From contig JBBQYG010000022.1 of NCBI GenBank assembly GCA_038208905.1, positions 1-35,140 of the forward strand: a stretch of 35,140 nt of DNA, read 5' to 3'. The first letter of the stretch is position 1, and each line of letters begins with the position of its first letter. Under the pieces are notes generated by a model. It was not told the DNA's origin and did not search any database. It was given only the letters and a program-made list of their open reading frames with translations. This document shows positions 27,675 to 35,140 of the stretch, piece by piece. The translations under genes were made by a program, and so were the position numbers. The DNA comes from Candidatus Sumerlaeia bacterium (GTDB lineage: Bacteria; Sumerlaeota; Sumerlaeia; SLMS01).

Positions 27675-28450
27675 ACCCTCGTTTGCGATCCTTCGCGCTG
27701 GCAATGCTTCCGCCTCTGGCGACATTTATCCTGTTCGTGGTGCTTTGGGATGCCTCGGTGGTGTACTTCGAGGTCGAACCGTTTCAGGTGCCGCGCCCGA
27801 TGGCGGTCGTCCGTGCCGCGATGGAGCGCAAAGAACAAATCGGAAGCGGCCTGTTCCTGACGGGATCGGCCGCCGCGATGGGTTTCGCGACCAGCCTGGT
27901 GGTGGGCGTCTTGGTGGCGTTCCTCTTCTCCCAGTCCCGCGTGATCCAACGGTCCCTCTATCCGTATGCGATCTTCTTCCAGACGGTGCCGATCATCGCG
28001 GTGGCGCCGCTGATCATTAACTGGTTCGGCCACGACACGCGGAGCATCGTGATCGTCTCTGCGATCGTGAGCCTGTTTCCCATCATCACCAACACCACGA
28101 CCGGCCTGACGGAATTGGACCGAAACGCGGTGGAATTGTTCGAGCTCAATGGCGCGACGCGGATTCAGAAGCTGTTCAAGCTGCAACTGCCGAACTCGGT
28201 TCCCTACCTGATCGCGGGCGCGCGGACGTCGAGCGGGCTCTCCGTGATCGGCGCCATCATCGGCGAGTTCTTCGCGGGGTTTGGACAGGAAAAGTATGGG
28301 CTTGGCTTTCTGATCTTCCAGACGAGCAGCCAGCTGAAGATCGACGCGATGTTTGCGTGCATCGTTGCTTCCACCCTGCTGGGCTTGCTGATTTTTGGAG
28401 CCGTCAGCCTTGTGGGCTCCGCTGTCCTCTTGCGCTGGCGCTCGAATTGA
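27671..28450 (+). CDS. NitT/TauT-family ABC transporter permease
   Basis: GTGA overlap; QTVPIIAVAPL, FPII, KLQLPNSVP, VIGAIIGEF. Confidence 0.92.
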   Translation: MNPRLRSFALAMLPPLATFILFVVLWDASVVYFEVEPFQVPRPMAVVRAAMERKEQIGSGLFLTGSAAAMGFATSLVVGVLVAFLFSQSRVIQRSLYPYAIFFQTVPIIAVAPLIINWFGHDTRSIVIVSAIVSLFPIITNTTTGLTELDRNAVELFELNGATRIQKLFKLQLPNSVPYLIAGARTSSGLSVIGAIIGEFFAGFGQEKYGLGFLIFQTSSQLKIDAMFACIVASTLLGLLIFGAVSLVGSAVLLRWRSN

Positions 28451-28506
28451 TTCCTGATCGGCGCCGCCCTGCCGACCAATCCCCCCCACAGGAGCATGCC
28501 CCGTCA

Positions 28507-29484
28507 ATGAATCGTCTGTTCGCCCTGCTATGCCTCGCCGCGCTGTTGATTGGCTGCGACAAGAAACAAGCCGCCGCGCCACGCCCTTCCGTCCCCGCGG
28601 AGAAAGTTTCGCTGGCCCTCAACTGGTTCCCCGAGGCGGAGCACGGCGGCTACTACGCCGCGCTGGTCCACGGGATCTATGCGGAGGAGGGTCTTGACGT
28701 CACGATCATCCCCGGCGGCCCCGATGTGCCCGTGGCGCCGCGCGTTGCAACGGGCCAGGTTGAGTTTGGAGTCGCCAACGCGGATCAGGTGGTGTTTGCC
28801 CGCGCGGCGCGAGCCAACGTGGTCGCGCTCATGGCGCCGCTCCAGACGAGTCCCCGCTGCATCATGGTCCACGACGGCACCTCGTACAAGAGCTTCGCCG
28901 ATCTGAACGACATGACGCTGGCGCTGGGAATGCAGGACGCCTTTGCGCAGTTCCTGAAGAAGAACTATCCCCTGCGCAACGTCAAGATCGTCCCCTATCC
29001 GGGATCGGTCGCGACGTTCCTCAACGACAAGTCGTTTGGGCAGCAGGCCTACAACATCAGCGAGCCGTTTCTTGCGGCGAAGGGGGGCGCCAAGCCCAGG
29101 GTGCTGATGCTTTCGGATGCCGGATGGAACCCCTATACCAGCGTGCTCCTGACGGCCGACAGCCTGCTCGGCGAGCGGCGCGACATGGCGCGCCGATTCG
29201 TCCGCGCATCGGTGCGGGGATGGGACAAGTACATGAAGGAGCCGACGGAAACCAACGCGCGTATCAACCAGCTCAATGGCGAGATGGGCGTGGACATCCT
29301 GAAGTTCGGCGTGGACGAGATGCAGGCGATGGTATATACGCCCGAGACCAGGGACAAGGGAACCGGGGCGATGACGCCGGAGCGCTGGACCACGCTGATC
29401 CGCCAGATGGAGGCCCTGGAGCTGGTGCAGCCATTCCTCGTGAAGCCGGAGGAGTGCTTCACGTCGGCGCTCCTCGTGCCGTAG
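28507..29484 (+). CDS. NMT1/THI5-like substrate-binding lipoprotein
   Basis: Lipobox LIGC; LNWFPEAEHGGYYAA, EEGLDVTIIPGGP. Confidence 0.88.
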   Translation: MNRLFALLCLAALLIGCDKKQAAAPRPSVPAEKVSLALNWFPEAEHGGYYAALVHGIYAEEGLDVTIIPGGPDVPVAPRVATGQVEFGVANADQVVFARAARANVVALMAPLQTSPRCIMVHDGTSYKSFADLNDMTLALGMQDAFAQFLKKNYPLRNVKIVPYPGSVATFLNDKSFGQQAYNISEPFLAAKGGAKPRVLMLSDAGWNPYTSVLLTADSLLGERRDMARRFVRASVRGWDKYMKEPTETNARINQLNGEMGVDILKFGVDEMQAMVYTPETRDKGTGAMTPERWTTLIRQMEALELVQPFLVKPEECFTSALLVP

Positions 29485-29488
29485 CCAA

Positions 29489-30370
29489 ATGCCCATCCTG
29501 TACCTGAACGGGAAGTTCGTCGAGCATCTGGACGCATCGCTCGATCCGCTGGACCGCGGGGTTCTGCTGGGGGATGGGCTCTTCGAGACCATCAGGTGCG
29601 AGGAGGGGCAGCTCGTCTATCATGTGGCTCATTTTTCCCGCCTGGCGCGCAGCGCCCGCGTGGTCGAAATTCCCTGGAACATGCCGCCGGAGCAGTTGGT
29701 GGAAATCTGCCATCAGGTGTTGGACGCCAACAATCACGGGCGGGCGCGGCTTCGCATCACGCTGACCCGGGGGGAGCTTGCGGGATCCCCCGAAATCGGG
29801 GGGCATCAGTCGGCGCCCACGCTGATCGTGCACGCGCAGGGCATCGATCAAGACGCCCTGGACGCGGCGCGGCGGCGCGGATGGAGCGCGCGGGTGGTGT
29901 CCTTCCCGCTCAACCATCGCTCTCCGCTATCGGAGGTGAAGTCCACCAGCTATCAGGAGCGCGTGCTGGCGCGGCACGTTGCGCGCCGCGACGGCATGGA
30001 CGAGGGCCTGATGCTCAACACCGACGGGCTTTTGGCGGAGGGCGCCATGTCGAATCTGTTTATCGTGCGGGGCGGGACTGTCTATACGCCGCCGGTCTGC
30101 GACGGCGCGCTGCCGGGGATTGTGCGGCTCAAGGTCGGGCTGATCTGCGCGCGGCTGGGGATCGGGTACGAGGAGGTCTCGCTCACCCTGGAGAACCTGC
30201 ACGCGGCGGATGAGGCCTTCATGACCAACGCGATCATCGAAGTGATGCCGCTGGCGAGCGAAGGGGGCCGGCCGATCGGATCGGGGAACCCCGGCCCGCT
30301 AACGGAACGGCTGTTTGCGGAGCTGCGCCGCGACGTGGACGAGTACCTCTCGGCGAGGCGCCGGGGGTAA
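29489..30370 (+). CDS. Class IV PLP-dependent enzyme (PabC/IlvE/D-amino acid aminotransferase-like)
   Basis: DRGVLLGDGLFETI, KSTSY, EGAMSNLF, LPGIVR, ADEAFMTNA. Confidence 0.85.
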   Translation: MPILYLNGKFVEHLDASLDPLDRGVLLGDGLFETIRCEEGQLVYHVAHFSRLARSARVVEIPWNMPPEQLVEICHQVLDANNHGRARLRITLTRGELAGSPEIGGHQSAPTLIVHAQGIDQDALDAARRRGWSARVVSFPLNHRSPLSEVKSTSYQERVLARHVARRDGMDEGLMLNTDGLLAEGAMSNLFIVRGGTVYTPPVCDGALPGIVRLKVGLICARLGIGYEEVSLTLENLHAADEAFMTNAIIEVMPLASEGGRPIGSGNPGPLTERLFAELRRDVDEYLSARRRG

Positions 30371-30390
30371 ACAATCCTCATGTTTTCAGT

Positions 30391-30465
30391 CGCGACCCCA
30401 TAGACAAAATGGACTGGGTGGACGTCCATCTCGTCCATCCAGTCCATTTGGTCCATCGAGTTGCG
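30391..30465. repeat. Long imperfect inverted repeat built of 9-bp units between convergent genes (REP-like or bidirectional terminator)
   Basis: Arms 30391-30423 and 30433-30465; TRGAC x3 then GTCCA x4 at 9-bp spacing. Confidence 0.8.
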
Positions 30466-30498
30466 GTGGCTACAGGAATCCCCAAATTACTCCAAGGA

Positions 30499-33300
30499 CT
30501 ACTGGACGTACTGCCCCTCGCGGCGCAGATCGCTGAGCGTGGTGATGGAGCGCTGGCCAAGGCCCGGCTGGTCGCGCCCGATCTTGAATCGGATGCTGGC
30601 GCGGACGTCCAGCTCGTAGTCCGTGACGCGGTCGATGTCCTCGTCCTCCTGAAACAGTTCCGATTCCTCCAGCTCGTCGTCGTCGCGGCGGGTCTCCCCC
30701 GAGTTACCCTTCACTCCAAGGAATAGGCCCAGCTCTGCATCGAGCAGGTCGCGCAGGATCGTGATACCGGCGCTGGGGAAGTATGCAAAGCGCGTGTTGT
30801 AGCTGGCGGCGAGCTGGACGCGGTACTTTGGTCCAAAGCGGCGGCCAACGGTGGGCGAGATCAGGACCTCGGTTTCGTTCTCGTCGAAGCGGCGGCGCTG
30901 CCTTACGTCGCGCTGCACGGGGTCGTCGCTGAGCGTCTTGGTTCCGCTGACCTCAAGCGAGGCCCAGTGGCGCGCGTGCTTGGGAAGATACGAAGCACGG
31001 AAAAAGCCGCCGATGGTCTCCTGCTCGAACTCGTTGGGATCGGAGGGATCGCGCTGCTGGCGCACGTCGTATCGCGGGCCGATCTCGGTGCTGAACTCGC
31101 GCGTCTGGTTCTCGTAGCCGACTCCCGCGCCGATGTAGCGGAGCTGCTCGTTGGCGTAGATGTCGGAGCGGCCTTGCAGGTTTTCCCGGGCGGTGATGAA
31201 GGCGGTGATGCGGGGATAGCGCAGGTAGAAGTTGAGCGTTCCCTCGATCGTGTGGCGGTCGGTGTAGAAGTCGTGGATATCGTCGAATGCCTCGGTATTG
31301 CCGGTCTGCTCGTAGAACTGCCCAAGGCTATCGTCGGTCCCCTGACGGATGAAGTAGGTGATGTTGCCGTCGAGGAACTCGGTGAAGCGGTGGTTCAGGC
31401 GGCTAGTGTAGTCGGCGAAGAGGTATCCCGAATTCACGTCCTTCGGTGAGGCCGTTTCCGTGCTGTCGCCGAGGAACACCGTCTCTTGGTCCTGGAACCG
31501 CGCTGTGTCCACGATCAGGTTGCCGTCGGGGTCAACGCCGCTGCCGGGGGTGGCCTGGAACTCGGGGTCCACGGTGCCGTCGGGGAGGAGGCCTTCCTCC
31601 AGGAAGAAGGTGCCGTCGGGCAGGGTCGACACCGTCTTGAAGTCTTCGTCGGCGATAAGCCTGTCGTCCTCGCGGTCATACAACGCCGCGCCGACGCCGG
31701 CCGTGTTGGTCCAGGTCGTCCGCGGCCCAAGGCGCAGGCGGTGCGTGAGCGCCGCATACAAGTCCAGACCCTTGACCCGCGTGTCGTCCTCGGGGCTGAA
31801 GGGGTTCAGGCCCGCGTCGAGGCTGTTGAAGGCGTTGGCCTCGAATCGATAGTAGAGCGGCGCGTTGGCGAGATTCAGCAGGCGCGTGGCATAGCGCGCG
31901 CTGCCGTTGTCGCGCGTCTGGGCATAGCGGCGCGCGGGGATTCCCTGGTCCTTGCGGTACTCGTTCTCGTCGTTGAAGACAGGATCGGGATCGAAGTTGA
32001 GGTCGTCGGAAAACGGAAGCGTCTGGTCCTGATAGGTGTTCACTGCCAGGCGCTCGCGCTGCTCCACCACAATGCGGGCGATCTGGTCGTCGTCGTGATA
32101 CGTCATCGCTGCGCGGAGGCGCTGCTCGTAGAGGCGTCCACGCTGGAGCGACTTGTCGGGTGCGAAGTTGTCCAGAACGTCGTAGTGGACGTCGGGATCG
32201 CTGGCCTTGTCGATGTCGAGCTGGAACGAGAGGTCGTCGCGCAGGGCGGAGAAGTGCCGGTGGCGATAGACCCAGCGATCTCCCTCGTCCTCGGTGTCGA
32301 TCTTTCCGTCGAGGTCGTCGATGACGCCGTCCGCGTTCAGGTCGTTGCGGCGGCGATCGAGATCGTGGGGATCGCGCTTGCTGTCGCGCAGGCCGTACAC
32401 CTCGAGGAATCCGGTATGCCGCTTGTAGTCGAACTGATAGGCGTAGCGCATGCCGATGCCGGTTCCGCGGTCGCTCATCAGGTCGAGGAACGTGTCGGAA
32501 AGACCGTGGCTGCGCGTCTCGTACTGGGTGGGGTCCTCCCACGAGGGCGTGCGGACGCGGTGGATGTAGCGGTATCCGATGCGTATATACGCGCCGAGGT
32601 CGCCGCTGTACCCGAACTCCTGGGACCACGGCGAGCCTTCCTTCAGGTTGCGCGTGTAGGCGGGGAGCCAGAACACGGGGACGTCGCGGACGTAGAGCAC
32701 GGGGTTCTTGAAGAACACGCGCTCGCCCTTTACGAAGATCACTTCCTCCGCCTTGATGAAATACATCGGCTTGGGGAAGGGGTTCGTGGTGACGTGAGTC
32801 CCGCGAAAGATCGAGGTCTTCTCGTCGATCTGGCGAAAGGCGGGGCCGTTCTTGGACTCGTCCCACACCGCGCGGAAGTAGAAATCGTTGGCCTGCCCGT
32901 CGACGCCGTAAACGGCGCCCTCCGAGGTGATGAAGTTGAAGCGCCCGCCGTCGGCCCGGATAAATTCCTCAGACCCGCGAAAGATCACGTTTCCCTCGGC
33001 CTGGATGTCGCCGGAAAGGAAGTCGATCACCATGCGGTCGGCTTCGAGGACGAACTGGCGGTACTCCACCGTCGTGCGCCCTTGGCCGTATCCCAGCTTT
33101 TCCTGCATCTGGATGCCGCGGGCCGCGCGGATGTTGTAGCGCTCGTCGAATTCCGTGGGATCGAGGGGGACGCCAAACGGGCCCGACACCGCGGGAGCGG
33201 AGCGGTCGGGCAGGACGCCTACATTGTCGACTTGGGCCATGGCCGTGTTGCAGGCCAGCCACACAAGCGCCGTGAGGGCTGTTTTTTTCATACCATTCAT
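30499..33300 (-). CDS. lptD: LptD/OstA-like outer-membrane LPS-assembly protein (start 33300 or 33291)
   Basis: Signal peptide (AMA-Q); LEADRMVID...IQAEGNV; YFIKAEEV; LYVRDVPVFWLP; DLMSDRGTGIG; beta-strand-rich C-terminal region. Confidence 0.7.
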   Translation of the reverse strand: MNGMKKTALTALVWLACNTAMAQVDNVGVLPDRSAPAVSGPFGVPLDPTEFDERYNIRAARGIQMQEKLGYGQGRTTVEYRQFVLEADRMVIDFLSGDIQAEGNVIFRGSEEFIRADGGRFNFITSEGAVYGVDGQANDFYFRAVWDESKNGPAFRQIDEKTSIFRGTHVTTNPFPKPMYFIKAEEVIFVKGERVFFKNPVLYVRDVPVFWLPAYTRNLKEGSPWSQEFGYSGDLGAYIRIGYRYIHRVRTPSWEDPTQYETRSHGLSDTFLDLMSDRGTGIGMRYAYQFDYKRHTGFLEVYGLRDSKRDPHDLDRRRNDLNADGVIDDLDGKIDTEDEGDRWVYRHRHFSALRDDLSFQLDIDKASDPDVHYDVLDNFAPDKSLQRGRLYEQRLRAAMTYHDDDQIARIVVEQRERLAVNTYQDQTLPFSDDLNFDPDPVFNDENEYRKDQGIPARRYAQTRDNGSARYATRLLNLANAPLYYRFEANAFNSLDAGLNPFSPEDDTRVKGLDLYAALTHRLRLGPRTTWTNTAGVGAALYDREDDRLIADEDFKTVSTLPDGTFFLEEGLLPDGTVDPEFQATPGSGVDPDGNLIVDTARFQDQETVFLGDSTETASPKDVNSGYLFADYTSRLNHRFTEFLDGNITYFIRQGTDDSLGQFYEQTGNTEAFDDIHDFYTDRHTIEGTLNFYLRYPRITAFITARENLQGRSDIYANEQLRYIGAGVGYENQTREFSTEIGPRYDVRQQRDPSDPNEFEQETIGGFFRASYLPKHARHWASLEVSGTKTLSDDPVQRDVRQRRRFDENETEVLISPTVGRRFGPKYRVQLAASYNTRFAYFPSAGITILRDLLDAELGLFLGVKGNSGETRRDDDELEESELFQEDEDIDRVTDYELDVRASIRFKIGRDQPGLGQRSITTLSDLRREGQYVQ

Positions 33301-33511
33301 CAGAGCGCATCGCCGCCAACGCGGCTTTTGACCTCCGGGAGCCGGCGGGAAACGCCCGGCAAGTGCCCAACATCGAGTGCCGGAGGATGGAGTCCGGCCA
33401 AACCTGCCGCAAGGGGGAAGTGCCCCGGCAAAAGCACCCCGGCCCCGGGCCCCGCTTTCCGGCGAGGGCCCCCTTGACAGCACACCCGCGGATTCCCCTA
33501 CTCCTCGCACG

Positions 33512-33889
33512 ATGGAGCATACCCCGACAATAACGATCCTCCTTCGCCGGGCCGTCGCGCTGATCGCGGCGGTCGCTTTCCTGCTGGGTGGGGGGATCAC
33601 CCACCTCCACGCCGGCACCGACGAGGTCGAGCCGTGCTGTGGCAATGCGGGAATCCATGCCACTAACAGCGACGAGGGGGAGCCCTCACCCGGGCGGCAC
33701 GACGGGAACGACCAAGGTGGCGACCCGCATTGTGGCTGCGCGTGCCACGCCCTCCTGACGATCCCGGACTCCCCCGCTCCCACCGTTGTCGCCTCTCGCG
33801 ACCAAGCGAAGATGGCCTGCGCCTACGTCGACCATCTCGGCGACTCCCCGGCCTTCGGCATCTTCCAGCCACCCCGCCGCGCCGCCTAG
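33512..33889 (+). CDS. DUF2946/CzcI-like Cys/His-rich small exported protein
   Basis: Signal-like hydrophobic segment, EPCCG, HCGCACH, C-terminal IFQPPR; directly upstream of the metal RND adaptor. Confidence 0.7.
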   Translation: MEHTPTITILLRRAVALIAAVAFLLGGGITHLHAGTDEVEPCCGNAGIHATNSDEGEPSPGRHDGNDQGGDPHCGCACHALLTIPDSPAPTVVASRDQAKMACAYVDHLGDSPAFGIFQPPRRAA

Positions 33890-33989
33890 CCCGCGGTCTT
33901 CCCCCACATCATCGCACCCCGCCGCCTTGCCGAAGTCTTCGGCGGGATGCCCCTCTAACACGCCGACATGCTCTGGGAGAGCGCTCGAC

Positions 33990-35140
33990 ATGCAGGTCCG
34001 TGCCCATATCCTTGCCATCTTCGCATTTTATTCTCTCGCCGCGCCAGCCCAGGACCCCCACGCGGGGCATGATCACTCCGGCCACGAGGAGCATACCGAC
34101 GAAGTAAAGTTAACGGCGGACGCCATGGAGGCGTTCGGCATCACCCTCGAACTCGCCACGCGCCGTGTTCTTACCGAGACCGCGTCGGTGCCAGCCCGCG
34201 TTTCCTATAACAAGGAGGCCATGGCCCACGTGGGCTCGCCGGTGAACGGGCGCGCCTCGGAGTTGTCCGTCCGCCTGGGCGATATCGTGGCAAAGGGCGA
34301 TCTGCTGGCCGTGATCCTGTCGCCGGAATTGGGCGAGGCGGAGAGCGACCTGCTGCAGAAGCGTTCCATGCTGGAGGCCACCGCCAGCGCTGTGGAGGTT
34401 GCGCGCATCGCCGTGGAGCGGGCCGCGGAACTGAGGAAATCGAACAGCATCAGCATCACCGAACTCCAGTTGCGGCAGGGCGAGCTAAAGAAGGCCGAGG
34501 GCGACGTGAAGGTCGCGGAGGCCGCGCGGCTGGCGGCGGAGAACCGGCTCCACATCATGGGAATTTCGCAGGATCAGGTCGAGCGCCTGATTGGGAGCGG
34601 GGAGATATCCAGCCGCTACGAACTCCGCGCGCCGATCGCGGGCACCATCATCCAGCGCGAAGTCACGCCGGGCGAAGTCGTCGGCCCCGACCGCGAGCCG
34701 CTGAAGGTGATCGCCGACATGGCGACGCTGTGGATTCTGGCGGACGTGCCGGAGCGCGCGGCGCATCGCGTCGGCGTGGGCACGAAGGGGCGCATCGTCC
34801 TCGGCGGCGCCGGTGGTGCTGCCCTGGAGGGAACCGTCGGCTATGTGGCGCCGGACCTCAATCCTCGCACTCGCACGGCGCAGGTGCGGCTGGTCGTCGA
34901 AACGTCCGCCACGGTCGAAGGCTCCGATTCCGGAGCGGCGAGCATGGAGGCGCCGGCCCCGTTGACGCCGAGTCAGGTCGCGGACTTCAAGGCAAAGGGC
35001 GACTGGTGCGCGGAGCACGCGCTCCCCGAATCCCTGTGCCCCCTCTGCAATCCGGCATTGGCCGCGGCAATGAAGAAGCCCGCACCCGCGGTGGCGGTTG
35101 GGACCCTGCTTCGGCCCGGCATGTTTGCCGACGTGGAGCT
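33990..35140 (+). CDS. Heavy-metal efflux RND periplasmic adaptor (CzcB/CusB-like), 3'-truncated by window edge; absent from the ORF track
   Basis: Hand translation: MQVRAHIL...HAGHDHSGHEEH...SPVNGR...LGDIVAKGDLL...SPELGEA...LRAPIAGTII...RTRTAQVR...LRPGMFA. Confidence 0.9.
   Translation, partial: MQVRAHILAIFAFYSLAAPAQDPHAGHDHSGHEEHTDEVKLTADAMEAFGITLELATRRVLTETASVPARVSYNKEAMAHVGSPVNGRASELSVRLGDIVAKGDLLAVILSPELGEAESDLLQKRSMLEATASAVEVARIAVERAAELRKSNSISITELQLRQGELKKAEGDVKVAEAARLAAENRLHIMGISQDQVERLIGSGEISSRYELRAPIAGTIIQREVTPGEVVGPDREPLKVIADMATLWILADVPERAAHRVGVGTKGRIVLGGAGGAALEGTVGYVAPDLNPRTRTAQVRLVVETSATVEGSDSGAASMEAPAPLTPSQVADFKAKGDWCAEHALPESLCPLCNPALAAAMKKPAPAVAVGTLLRPGMFADVE

Noticed and set aside
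15073-30465. Repeats as a CRISPR array, or as peptides (FDLIDMIDR, MDQMDWMD)
   Set aside because: No repeat-spacer array or cas genes; the peptide periodicity is a by-product of the 9-bp unit.
33340-33472. Hairpin cluster with partial c-di-GMP-I riboswitch resemblance (AAACC...GCAA...GG)
   Set aside because: The conserved GACGCAAAG segment is missing; short stems are expected at this GC content.
31486-33477. Long antisense and alternative-frame ORFs (also 6828-8045, 7904-9094, 15186-16541 and others)
   Set aside because: Shadows of real genes caused by GC-rich codon bias; no recognisable motifs.

Overview
GC-rich bacterial chromosomal segment, mostly housekeeping and envelope genes: modA-modB, a PAP2/GT-C fusion, dnaA (without dnaN), ilvE, a LysR regulator, nrnA, ygfZ, secG, an NtrC-type regulator, prfA, a holA-like gene, a NitT/TauT ABC transporter, an LptD-like barrel and the start of a CzcB-like RND adaptor. 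The prepilin gene style (GFTLIELLIVVAIIAILAAIAVPNFLEAQTR...YDPTNG) suggests Sumerlaeota/BRC1 or a related lineage (inference). Main observations: (1) a ~3.1 kb accessory block between prfA and holA, in which a Fic gene is interrupted by an in-frame TAG and overlapped tail-to-tail by a small antisense gene carrying the Fic-inhibitory SxxxEG motif, which lies downstream of an ABC-ATPase/DUF4276 pair; (2) intergenic repeats built on a 9-bp GTCNA-N4 period, namely a ~100-bp element present twice and a long hairpin; (3) a DUF2946-like Cys/His leader ORF upstream of the metal-efflux gene; (4) a bCerS/YghO-like acyltransferase in the prfA operon; (5) several proteins with apparent domain loss or insertion. 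No rRNA, tRNA, CRISPR array or transposase was recognised. All calls come from reading the sequence; no searches were run.
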